From positions 320,001-384,000 of the forward strand of contig CAVPQB010000003.1 in the NCBI GenBank assembly GCA_963707505.1: a stretch of 64,000 nucleotides of DNA, given 5' to 3'. A program made the position numbers and the translations under genes. Of the stretch, positions 22,732-33,107 are shown in pieces (position 1 is the stretch's first letter; every line of letters starts with the position of its first letter). Below the pieces are notes generated by a model, which ran no database searches, was not told where the DNA came from, and saw only the letters and a list, made by a program, of their open reading frames with translations. Source of the stretch: an uncultured Gemmatimonadales bacterium (GTDB lineage: Bacteria > Gemmatimonadota > Gemmatimonadetes > Gemmatimonadales > Gemmatimonadaceae).

Positions 22732-23545
22732 GCGCCATCGCCGGCATGGCGTGCGGCCACTTCACTCCCTTGATGATCGAGAAGTTCATTGACCGCTCGC
22801 GCGAGAGATCGCGCAGCAATTCAGTCTCGCGAACGAGCGCCTGGCGCGCTTCCGCCCAACCCGACCTGCGCAGCGCACGCCCCATGATCTGGATCTTCGC
22901 CTGCCAGTTGAGACGCGGCGATGCATCATCGCCCTCCTGTGCGAGCTCGTCGTCGCACTCGTTGGTCCAGTCCTTCACCTGGATGTCCACGACGCCCGCC
23001 TCGCGCAGCATCTGCTTCCACTCGACCACCATGCGCGGACGTAGCCCCAGACGCTCGACAACCAGCTCTCGGCGCGACTCCGAAAGCTCGGAGCTCCATG
23101 TCAGTTGGAGAAGCACTACCGAGCCCATCGGCTTGGTGACCCGCGCGAGCTCAGCGACAGCCTTTCCAGTGCTCGAAGCAGCGGCGATTTCGGGCTCGCC
23201 GATGGCGGCGTCGAATACACCAGTCTCGTACGGCAGATCGTCCAGCTGTGCATGCTGGTAGCTCAGACCCAGGCCCGTTTCACGCGCGTGCTCCTCGGCC
23301 TGCGTGATATCTTCATCGTCCGGATCTACACCGGTTACCGATGCGCCGGTGCGGAGGGCCAGCCATTCCGTGGTAACACCACGCCCGCAACCGGACACGA
23401 CGACGTCCTGCCCCTTCTCGAGGTCGGCGAGCCGGGCGACCTCGCGGTAGAGATCCTCTCCCGTAGCTCGCCAGCGGTCGATGATCGCCATTTGCACCAG
23501 CCGCAACACTGCCGGCGCCGGGGTGGTTCTATTCCCTTCGGGCAT
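22724..23545 (-). CDS. Class I SAM-dependent methyltransferase
   Basis: SGCGRG motif I, VTGVD, LPYETGVFDA, ELARVTKPMG. Confidence 0.85.
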   Translation of the reverse strand: MPEGNRTTPAPAVLRLVQMAIIDRWRATGEDLYREVARLADLEKGQDVVVSGCGRGVTTEWLALRTGASVTGVDPDDEDITQAEEHARETGLGLSYQHAQLDDLPYETGVFDAAIGEPEIAAASSTGKAVAELARVTKPMGSVVLLQLTWSSELSESRRELVVERLGLRPRMVVEWKQMLREAGVVDIQVKDWTNECDDELAQEGDDASPRLNWQAKIQIMGRALRRSGWAEARQALVRETELLRDLSRERSMNFSIIKGVKWPHAMPAMAHG

Positions 23546-23555
23546 CTGTCGAAAG

Positions 23556-24504
23556 CTACCCGGCTGGCGGCAGGCCGGCGAGTGCACGCATGTGAACAAC
23601 CACCGCTTCCGCCAGTCGAAGCGGCGTGTAGCCGCCTTCCAGCGCGCTTACGACTCTTCCGCCACAGGCAGCGTCGGCGCGTGAGGTAACGAATCGCGTC
23701 AGCCGGTCTACATGTTCCATCTCCAGTGTAAACCCGCCTATCGCGTCGCCCGCGAGACAGTCGAAACCCGCGGAGATGAGGATCAGCTGAGGTTGAAAGT
23801 CGTCGGTCAGCGTGTCGAACGATCGTTCGAATGTCTCGACGTACTGCATTGGATCGAGGCCGGCCGCCATTGGTGCGTTAAGCACGGTTCCGTGCGGCCC
23901 GTGATCGGACGCCGCACCGGTACCGGGATAGAATGGCCACTGATGCATGGACAGGAACCGAATGGCCGGGTCGTCCTGCACCAGGGCCTGGGTGCCGTTG
24001 CCATGATGGACGTCCCAGTCGACGATCAGAACGCGCTCGAGATTGTGAACCTTGCGGGCGTAGTGTGCGCCGAGTGCGACGGTTGCCGAAGATGCAGAAA
24101 CCCATCGCGCGGTCGCGGACTGCGTGGTGGCCGGGCGGCCGGATGCCGGAGAAGCTGCGCGTCGCGCGTCCATCCATCGCCATGTCGACAGCGTCGAGCA
24201 CGCAGCCCGCCGCGGCGGTTGCTGCGTCCCAGGAGCCCTCGCTTGCGACGGTGTCGATGTCGAGCCGTCCACCGCCGGCGGCAGAGAGTGCCCGGACAGA
24301 TTCGATGTAGGCCCGGTCGTGTACGAGTGATAGCTCGTCGACCGTTGCGTGACGTCCTTCGACGTGCTCCAGTTGCTGAAACAGCTCGAAGTCGTTGCGC
24401 ACGGCGCGCATGATCGCGACGAGGCGTCCGACGTGTTCCGGATGTCCCCATCCGGTGTCGTGACGTCCGCAATCGGAGTGGGAGATGAACGCGGTGCGAT
24501 GCAT
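23556..24504 (-). CDS. Histone deacetylase family (Zn-dependent lysine/polyamine deacetylase); frameshifted
   Basis: HPE, RPPGHHA, GFCIFGN, DWDVHHGNGTQ, YPGTG, SAGFD, LEGGY. Confidence 0.93.
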
Positions 24505-24557
24505 GTGGCCCGTGCGTGGATGGCGGATTATAGGGCGGGCACGGGGACCTGACCCTG

Positions 24558-24890
24558 CTACGACCTTACCGGACGCCGCCTCCGGCGCGCGACCAACAGC
24601 GTCGATCCGTCCAATACTCCGGCTTTGGACAGCGAAATTGACTCGTCGAATATCTCGCAGCCGTTCAGCTTGACGGAGAACTCGTCGGGGAACAGGGCGT
24701 CGGGGATCAACGCGTTCAGCGCGTACATCTTGGCGGTGCGAATCGATTCCGAGGGCCGCGCGTCGATGCGCACGACGTCCCATACTTCCTGAGCCTGCAC
24801 GCGGAAGCTGAGTACGTTGCCGGCGCTGAGCTCTCCGATCGAAACCACACCGTCTCGCGCGCGCAGCGAATTCGCGAACGTCGCGCTCAT
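24558..24890 (-). CDS. Ubiquitin-like (beta-grasp, YukD/EsaB-like) protein with Arg-rich tail
   Basis: PSESIRTAK..PDEFSVKLNG..LSKAGVLDGSTLLV mirrors ubiquitin PSDTIENVK..PDQQRLIFAG..LSDYNIQKESTLHLV. Confidence 0.65.
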   Translation of the reverse strand: MSATFANSLRARDGVVSIGELSAGNVLSFRVQAQEVWDVVRIDARPSESIRTAKMYALNALIPDALFPDEFSVKLNGCEIFDESISLSKAGVLDGSTLLVARRRRRPVRS

Positions 24891-25222
24891 GCCGTCACCG
24901 TCGATGACTCGGGCAGCTCGAGTGGTATCGCGCCTACTCCTGGCGGATCAGCAGTCGGCAAGGAGGAAAGGAACCGCGCTACCTGTTGATCGAACATGTA
25001 TGTCGACCCCGATACAACGGTGAGTCCGTCTCGCTGCATCACGCCGATCACCAGCTCTTCGCCGCCCATGCCTCGCATCGAAACGAAAGTCGGTCCTTCC
25101 ATGTCGAGGAAGGCGGTATAGATCGAATTGCGTCGTGAAAAGAAGCGCTTGGCTGCATCAAGCACCTCTGCGGGGGAGAGCGGAGTGAGCGTCTCCTGAA
25201 GAGTTCTATCTGTCTGCGCCAT
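24887..25222 (-). CDS. Hypothetical protein
   Basis: 111-aa ORF, ATGA overlap with the ubiquitin-like gene. Confidence 0.7.
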   Translation of the reverse strand: MAQTDRTLQETLTPLSPAEVLDAAKRFFSRRNSIYTAFLDMEGPTFVSMRGMGGEELVIGVMQRDGLTVVSGSTYMFDQQVARFLSSLPTADPPGVGAIPLELPESSTVTA

Positions 25223-25261
25223 GCGCGAAATCTAACCAGCGACGCCCGTGGGCGGCCAGAG

Positions 25262-26772
25262 TCAGGACTCCAGCAGGGACTCGATCTTTCGCGTGAGCGG
25301 CGCGAAGCTGATTTCAGCGCCCGCAGCGCGCAACCCCACCTCGCTCGCGCTCTCCCGTTGCCCTTCCGCGAACAGCTCACCGACAATCCACGGCCCTGCC
25401 GCCGGATTTCGCCACCAGTCCTCATCGAACCGATTGACGAGTCCTTCATCCAGCAGCGCCTGGAGCTGCCATGCGCGCAGATACCGCGTCGAGTAGAAGC
25501 GCGAATCGAGATCGATGAATGCGTCGGCCGGGCGATACTGGAATCCCGTCGCGGCGGCGAGTATCTCGACGTAGATGTCCGGCAGCGCTTTCCAATCCAC
25601 GGCCCCGCTGTAAACCTGTATCTCGTAAAGGAGCTTCGCGCAGTAGCGCCTTACGAAATGCAATTCCTCGAAGCCTGCAAGTCGCAGGTAAGCAGCTGCG
25701 CGCTTTCCATCCACCCCCGTGTAGCGTTGCAGCCACGCGCGCTGTTGCATCCGATGATCGAACAGCATTGCGTAACTCTCGGTGACTGAATTGTCGCCGA
25801 ACCAGCGATACTCGAAGGGATAATCCGCGCGCACGTTTCCGAAATGGAGCGCATGTCCGAGCTCGTGCAGAAACGTGCCGTAGTCCGATTGGCCGCCGTG
25901 CGGGCGCAGCACCAGATATACCTCATCGGGAATGCGCACCGGCGAACAGAATGCGCGCGGCCGCTTGCCGGGCCGATCGCCTATGTCAAACGTGATGCGT
26001 CCGGTGGCGTTCGCATCGATGCCCATCTCCGCGCAATTGCGGCGGATGACACTCTCCATAGCCGATTCTGGAAATGCGTCGTCGAACTCGCGCAGTCTGA
26101 ACAGCGCGAGCGAGTCTGCCCGCGTCGCCTCGCCACGCGGGACGCCGAATGCCCTGAGGCGCTCGTCCAGCACCGAGCTCCACATTGCATCGGTGTCGTG
26201 GAGGAACCCCTCGCACTCGACGGCGAGCGCCGTGAGCGATATGCCACTCAGTGCCTCGAACGTCGAGTTGTATCCGGCGGTGATGCCGAGCGCTTCGACC
26301 GCGTCGCGCTCCCGCTGAAGTCGCTCGAGTCGCAGCGGCGCGAATGATCTCCTCGACCGTCCTCGCGCGCGCCGTATCAATCGCTCGCCGCTCCGCCGCG
26401 TCGCTGCTGTTCGCAATGTCGATCGCCGCTCGCTGGTACGGGATGACGCGACCGTCGGCAACTCGAATGACGGTATCATTCTCCAGCGCGACTTCGCGCT
26501 CGTCGAGCGCGGCAAGTTGTCGGCCGACACGCGACTCAACCTGCCACTCGAGCATCATGCGCGCTGCCCGTGCGTCTTCCGAGTCGGCAGCAGCGTCACG
26601 GAATCGCACGTATGCACTCCGCGAGAGTGTCGTCGCTCAGTATATCGCCGTACCGCTCGTAGATCGCCTGCAGCTCTGCTTCCGGCTTGAGACCGGAGTA
26701 CGCGAGATAGCTCTCGCGCGACACGTCTTCGGTGAACGATTGCGCGCGGACCCGCAACCGTTCCAGGTTCAT
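25262..26772 (-). CDS. M3/M2-like gluzincin metallopeptidase; frameshifted
   Basis: RPGKRPRAFC, HELGH, downstream VTES glutamate, Y..RYL; start overlaps glyQS stop. Confidence 0.8.
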
Positions 26773-28112
26773 CGCGCGAGCCGGTCGCGAAGATAGCGTG
26801 CAATCTCTCCCGTGCTCACACGATCCTGCGCCAGCGTGTCGCGATTGCGAACGGTAACTGAGTTATCCGCAGCTGACTCGCTGTCGACGGTGATGCAGAA
26901 CGGAGTTCCGACTTCGTCCTGTCTGCGATATCGCTTGCCGATGCTGCCCGACTCGTCGTAATCGACCGGGAATTGCGGGCGCAGACCATCTGCGATGGCG
27001 TGAGCCATGTCGGGCTGGCCGTCCTTCTTTGTGAGCGGGAATACCGCGGCCTTGATCGGCGCGAGTGCGGGATCTATGCCAAGCACGACACGCCCTTCGT
27101 CCTCACCCGGAACGCTTTCCTCACGGTACGCGTTGACGAGCACTGCAAGCATGACGCGATCCGCGCCGACCGACGTCTCCACTACCCATGGGATGTAGCG
27201 GCGATTGTTCGCCTGATCGAAGTATTCCAGCTTCTTGCCGGAGAAGTCGGTGTGCTGTTTGAGATCGAAATCGCCGCGATTGTGCACGCCCTCGATTTCC
27301 TGGAAGCCGAGCGTGCCACCAAAGTCGAACTGCACGTCGAACGCTGCCTTGGCGTAGTGCGCGAGCTCGTCGGGCGTGTGCTGATGGAATTCCAGCCGCG
27401 CTTCGGTGAGACCCAGAGCACGATGCCATGCCATGCGCTCACTCTTCCAGTAGTCGAACCATTCGGACGACTTGTCGGGATCGACGAAGAACTGCATCTC
27501 CATCTGTTCGAACTCACGCGTGCGGAAGATGAAATTTCCCGGCGTGATCTCGTTGCGGAACGCCTTTCCGATCTGCGCGATTCCGAACGGTACTTTCTGG
27601 CGCATCGACTGCTGCACATTCAGGAAGTTCACGAAGATTCCCTGCGCCGTTTCGGGACGCAGATAGATCGTCGCGGCGCTCTCCTCGACCGCGCCCATGA
27701 ACGTCTTGAACATCAGGTTGAACTGACGCGGCTCCGTAAGCTGGCATTCCGCAAACTCACCAGGATGCTTGCTCGGCTTGCGTAGACAGCGCGCGTCCTC
27801 CAGCTTGTCCGCGCGAAAGCGCCCCTTGCAGGCCTTGCAATCGACCAGCGGGTCCACGAAGCCGGCGACGTGGCCACTTGCTTCCCACACACGCGGATTC
27901 ATGAGAATCGCCGCATCCAGGCCTTCGACGTCGTCGCGCGAGCGCACCATGGCGTGCCACCAGCGGTCCTTGATGTTTTTCTTGAGCTCGACGCCGAGCG
28001 GACCGTAATCCCATACGGATCCCGTGCCGCCATATATCTCGGATGACTGGAAGATGTAGCCGCGCCGCTTGCACAGGGACACGAGCTTCTCCATCACGTC
28101 CGGGTAATTCAT
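26769..28112 (-). CDS. glyQS: Glycine--tRNA ligase (alpha2 type)
   Basis: WDYGPLG, YLRPETAQG, FRNEITPGNFIFRTREFEQME, SIGKRYRRQDEVGTP. Confidence 0.97.
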   Translation of the reverse strand: MNYPDVMEKLVSLCKRRGYIFQSSEIYGGTGSVWDYGPLGVELKKNIKDRWWHAMVRSRDDVEGLDAAILMNPRVWEASGHVAGFVDPLVDCKACKGRFRADKLEDARCLRKPSKHPGEFAECQLTEPRQFNLMFKTFMGAVEESAATIYLRPETAQGIFVNFLNVQQSMRQKVPFGIAQIGKAFRNEITPGNFIFRTREFEQMEMQFFVDPDKSSEWFDYWKSERMAWHRALGLTEARLEFHQHTPDELAHYAKAAFDVQFDFGGTLGFQEIEGVHNRGDFDLKQHTDFSGKKLEYFDQANNRRYIPWVVETSVGADRVMLAVLVNAYREESVPGEDEGRVVLGIDPALAPIKAAVFPLTKKDGQPDMAHAIADGLRPQFPVDYDESGSIGKRYRRQDEVGTPFCITVDSESAADNSVTVRNRDTLAQDRVSTGEIARYLRDRLAR

Positions 28113-28115
28113 TCT

Positions 28116-29402
28116 TTACAATCCGATTATCTGGTCGCGTCGCGTTCCGACGCTGACATAGGTGATTGGCGCTTCGACAAGCTGCTCGATTCTATCGAGA
28201 TACGCACGCGCAGCGGCTGGAAGATCTTCCAGCGTGCGCGCGTCTGCCGTCGACGTGCGCCATCCGGCAAACGTTTCATAGACGGGCTCAGCGTGACTCA
28301 ACATGGTGAGATCGCCGGGAAATTCGGTGAACACGTCCTGGCCCACGCGATACGCGGTGCATAGTTTGACCTCGTCCAGCGTATCCAGCACATCGAGCTT
28401 GGTGACTGCGAGATCCGTGAGTCCGTTGACGCGAACCGCGTAACGCACGACGACTGCGTCGAACCATCCGCAGCGCCGCGGACGTCCGGTCGTCGCGCCA
28501 AACTCGTTCCCGAGCTTGCGCATCTCCGACTGCAGCGGCTCAGCGAATTCCGTTGGCAAGGGTCCGTGTCCGACGCGCGTCGTGTACGCCTTGACGACGC
28601 CGAGGCAGCGAGTCGAGCGAGCTCGGTGCGATGCCCGACGCCGACTGCCGCACCGCCCGACGTCGTGGTGCTGGACGTGACGAACGGATACGTCCCGTGA
28701 TCGACGTCGAGCAGCGAGCCCTGCGCGCCCTCGAGCAGAACCGCCGCACCGCTGCGCTGCGCGCGATGAATTGCGAGCCCGACGTCATCGGCGAGCGAGA
28801 GCAGCCGCGGCGCGAGACGCTCCAGCAGCGCCGATCGTGTCGTCAACCGATGCGCGCTCTGTGACGCCCCACGCGGCAAGCTGCGCATTGGCGTGCGCGA
28901 CTGCGCGCTTCGACCATCGGGACGCAGAGAATCCGGATGGCGCAGGTCGAGCACGCGCACGCCGCGGCGCGCGATCTTGTCCTCGTACGCCGGTCCGATT
29001 CCGCGGCCGGTGGTGCCGATCGCGTGGCTCGCGGCACTGCTCGAGTCGACCAGCTTGTGGTACGGGAGCACGAGGTGCGCGCGGTCGCTGACGTAGAGCC
29101 GGCCCTCGACGTCCACGCCGTCGGCGCACCAGCTCGTCTATCTCGGTAAAGAGCGTTTCGGGATCGAGCACGACGCCGTTGCCGATGGCGCACCGAACGC
29201 CGGGGTGCAGGATCCCGCTCGGAATCTGGTGCAGCACGAACGACGTGTCGCCCAGGTCCACCGTGTGGCCGGCGTTGGCGCCGCCCTGATAGCGGACGAC
29301 CCAGTCGGCGCGCTCCGCGAGCACGTCGACCAGCTTGCCCTTGCCCTCGTCTCCCCATTGCGCGCCGACGACTACGACGGTGCGTGTATTCGAATCGAAC
29401 AT
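28116..29402 (-). CDS. purA: Adenylosuccinate synthetase; frameshifted
   Basis: [47 protein letters not shown]. Confidence 0.96.
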
Positions 29403-29428
29403 GTCAACCCGCGGCGACCCCGGAAACA

Positions 29429-29461
29429 CAAAAACGCCCCGACTGGCGCGGCGGGGCGTTT
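29429..29461 (-). terminator. Intrinsic terminator after the gvp/histidine kinase unit
   Basis: Minus strand cgccccg-N10-cggggcg followed by ttttt. Confidence 0.6.
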
Positions 29462-29490
29462 GTTAATCTACGGGTCGGAGAGTCGTGCTG

Positions 29491-31822
29491 TCAACGCTCG
29501 GCGGAAGCCGAGCGGCAGGTCTCGAGCCCGCGCCGCTCGCCGTGCGGCTCGCTACGGATCGGCAGAAAAACGGTAAACGTCGAGCCCTTCCCGTACTCGC
29601 TGCTCCGAGAGTCACGCGGCCGCCCAGCGCGTCGACGAGCTTTCGCGTGATGCTGAGACCAAGGCCCGTCCCGCCGAACTCGCGCGTCCGCGACTGGTCG
29701 ACCTGCCGGAAGTCGTCCCAGATGGCGACTCGAGGTCTTCCTTGCGGATGCCGATGCCCGTATCCGGACGTCCAGCCGAATCGCAGATCCCCTCCCGTTG
29801 CGCCGAGCAGCGTCACGGTTCCCCGTAGTGCGTGAATTTCACCGCGTTGGAGAGCAGGTTGAGCATTATCTGCTTGACCTTGGTGCGGTCGGTGTGCATG
29901 TGCAGCGGCTCATCGGGACCGATCCAGCGGTAGCGTCAGCCCCTTCTTCTTGACCAGCGGCTCGATCTGCAGCGATGACCTCACGTCATCGATGTCCTGC
30001 AGCACGGTGTCGTCGAGGTGCAGCGGCATGCGGCCGGCTTCGATCTTCGCGAGGTCGAGGATGTCATTGATCAGCGCGAGCAGGTGCTGCGCCGCGCGCT
30101 GGATGCGAGTCGAGACCTTCTTCCTGCCGGTCGTTCAGATCGCCGTAGATCCGGTCGAGCATGAGCGCCGTGTAGCCGATCAGCGCGTTGATCGGCGTGC
30201 GCAGCTCGTGCGACATGCTCGCAAGAAATTCCGACTTGAGCCGGTTGGCTTTCTCCAGCTCGCGCGACTGCCATTGCAGGCGGACGTTCTGCTCGGCAAG
30301 ATCGGCGGTCGCCGCGCGCACGCGCGCTTCGAGCTCGTTGCTGAAATTCTTGAGCTCTTCATAAAGCCGCTCGTTCTCCGCCTGCTCCGTGAGATCGTGC
30401 AGCACGGACACGATCGCGAGCGGCTCACCGCGCCGGTCTAGGATCTTTCCGGAGACGACTTCCATCGGAATCGTCGCCGGTTCATTACCGGGCTGGAGCA
30501 GCATCATGTCCTCGCGCCGCGCAGACTCGGGACTCAGGCTGAAATCGGAGATGAACGTCGTGAACTTGGTGTCGTTCGCACGAACCGCCGCGGAGCGATC
30601 GCCGCCCGCGTAGCCGATGTTCGGCGTCGCAGATCCGAACAGCAGCTCGGCCTGCCGGTTCATGAGGATGATGTTGACGCGGTCGTCGGTGACGAGAATC
30701 GGATCGGCAACGTTCGTGAGAATGAGATTGAGACGATCACTCTCGCGCTTTGCCTCGATACTCGGCGAGTCGCACGCGTTGCACCTGGCGCTCGAGCTCG
30801 TTGGCCGCGCGCCGAAGATCCGTCACATCACGCAGCACAGAGACTATCGCGTTGTCGTTCTTCGTCGAGTGGCTGCGTGAGCACCTCGAACAGCAGATCG
30901 GTCCCTTCGTCGGGATCGACCATGTTCAGCTCGCGCGCTTCCGGCAGCGATGTTCGTACGCCGATGGCGCGGCGTCCTTGGAGAGGTGCGACGTGAACAG
31001 CAGGTTGTTGATTTCGACTGCGCGGCGGCGGCCCTCGGAATCGTGCTCGCGCATCGTCAGCAGATGCTCGGCGCGCTGATTCTGCACCACGATCTGCCGC
31101 TCCGCGTTGATGATGACGATCGGATCGGGCAGCGAATTGACGATCGATGTGAGCACTGCGCGCTGGTCCGCCAACTCCTCGGCGCGACCGCGATGCGCGT
31201 CGGCGACGGCGAGCCTGGACAGCATGGGACCGGCGAGCTGCGCCGCGCATGCGATGCGATCCAGAGTAGCCGGAAGCGAATCCATCTCCAGTACAAACAC
31301 GCCATAGGGCGAGACCGCCGCTCGATCCGGCCGCTCGAGCCACGCACGAGATGAGTCGACGGCAGCTATCGAACACGGACTCGATAATCGCCGCTCGGCA
31401 TCTGCACGATCGATGAAACGTGGTGTGTCGATGATGCGAGGCTGCGGAAACGGCACCGCCATGAGCCGCGTGCGGCGCGATATCCCCGAGCGCGGGACGC
31501 CGTGTGCGCATGTGACGACCTGCATGCCAAGCAACGCAACGACGAATGGATCGTTTGGATCGTCCATCGTGCGCGCGGTCGGCGGATCGATATCTTCGTA
31601 GCCGAGCGCGACTGATGGCACGAGCTGGCTTGCCACCATGTCGAGTAGCAGAACGTAGCCGCGGCTCGATCCCACGAGGCCGCAGAATCGCGCGAGCAAC
31701 AATCCAGCTGCCGATCCGAAATCGGAAGACGTTGCTACATCCGCGAGAAGTGATTCCAGCCATGTGGCGGAATCACTCTCGCGAGCATCTACCGTCGTAC
31801 GGTCACGCGCCGAGCTGGTCAA
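29491..31822 (-). CDS. Cytoplasmic multi-sensor histidine kinase (GAF-like + 2 PAS + HisKA + HATPase); several indels
   Basis: [66 protein letters not shown]; no TM seen. Confidence 0.88.
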
Positions 31823-32099
31823 GGCGACGCCGTAGCTCTGCGTTCTCGATTTGTACGCGTTCGAGCTCGTCGGCCTGCGCCAGCTCGCGCGGACGCGACA
31901 TTGGCTGCGTTATACCGACCGCTTCAGAATACTTCAAATACGTCTCGATCGATGCGACCACGATTCGTGCTTCGACGGTTACCAGGTCGATTCCAACGAG
32001 CGAGACGCGTACCCACGCGTCGATGACGATTCCCTTATCGAGAACCCGGTCGAGAATGTCGATAAGTGAGCTTCCGCTCGGTGACCGCTCAACGGCCAT
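31803..32099 (-). CDS. gvpA: Gas vesicle major structural protein GvpA
   Basis: [53 protein letters not shown]. Confidence 0.95.
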   Translation of the reverse strand: MAVERSPSGSSLIDILDRVLDKGIVIDAWVRVSLVGIDLVTVEARIVVASIETYLKYSEAVGITQPMSRPRELAQADELERVQIENAELRRRLDQLGA

Positions 32100-32107
32100 G
32101 ACTCCTC

Positions 32108-32411
32108 CTAGTCAGATGAAGACAGCTTGGCGAGCTGACGCTCGATGCGGTCGAGACGATCGTTGAGGTCGTTCGCCGCGACGGCAGGCGCCGTCTGGCT
32201 CGTCAGACGCGGGTCGTACCGCCACCAGTTCATACCTATCTGTTCCGCCTTGTCGATGGAGCAGACGAGCAGACGAATCTGGATCGTGAGCAGCTCGACG
32301 TTGGCGAGATTGATCTTGATGTCGCCGGCGATCACCAGTCCCTTGTCGAGCACGCGGTCGAGAATCTCGACCAGACCCGGTGCTGCGTGATGGCGAGACT
32401 AGTTCAGGCAA
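32108..32411 (-). CDS. gvpJ: Gas vesicle protein GvpJ (GvpA family); one indel near the start
   Basis: [51 protein letters not shown]. Confidence 0.85.
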
Positions 32412-32420
32412 TTGGCAGCC

Positions 32421-33107
32421 TCATCGCACACGCCCCAGTGGGCCAAGGTCAATTTGTAAATCCTCCTCCGAAAGGCCGAAAACGCGTTTGAGCTCACTCA
32501 TTCTATCATTCAACTTGGCAAGAGCCAGTCCCAATCGCTCCACTTCCTCATCAGTCAGCCGTCCGCCTTCCATGCGCCGGACCGCCTGGTGTTCAAGAAC
32601 CTTCCGGAGCACCTCGATCAATGTCAATACCAATCGCGCAAGCCCAGTCTCAGGACCGGCCGCGTCGGCGTTGATCCGCTCGGGCAAGCCTTGAGCCACA
32701 GCATTTAGCGATTGTCCCGCCGGCTGCTCCGTCTCCACGCGCGCCGTCAGGTCCCTATTCCCGGGCTCTGCTCTCGCAAGTATCGGCGCAGCGTTGCGCG
32801 GTATGGAGCCAAAACTTCCAGCTATCGACCGTGACGGCTCGGGCTCGGCCCGCAGCCTCTGCTCCGCGGTCGCAACGGCCTGGAGTAACAAACCAATGTT
32901 TAGTTTGATCAAATCTACGTCCGCCACAGCGATCGTGACCTCACCGTGCACGACCGCACCCCGGTCCAGGACCGTATTGAGCAGGTCGCTGAGGTCCAGC
33001 GGCTCGTCGCCCAGCAGAGTTGCCGCCTGACCGACGCGCAGCTCCTCGAAGGGCTGCGCCACCTGCTCGTCGCGCGGCTCGTCGCGCGGCTCGGAGTCAG
33101 CGATCAC
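32421..33107 (-). CDS. gvpK: Fusion of a GvpS/J-like (GvpA-family) domain with GvpK
   Basis: N: LSDLLNTVLDRGAVVHGEVTIAVADVDLIKLNIGLLL; C: GLARLVLTLIEVLRKVLEHQAVRRME..LGLAL..DLQIDLGPLG. Confidence 0.85.
   Translation of the reverse strand: MIADSEPRDEPRDEQVAQPFEELRVGQAATLLGDEPLDLSDLLNTVLDRGAVVHGEVTIAVADVDLIKLNIGLLLQAVATAEQRLRAEPEPSRSIAGSFGSIPRNAAPILARAEPGNRDLTARVETEQPAGQSLNAVAQGLPERINADAAGPETGLARLVLTLIEVLRKVLEHQAVRRMEGGRLTDEEVERLGLALAKLNDRMSELKRVFGLSEEDLQIDLGPLGRVR

Noticed and set aside
24558..24890. Full ubiquitin conjugation or type VII secretion system
   Set aside because: No C-terminal GG and no E1/E2/JAB, WXG100 or FtsK-like ATPase in the window
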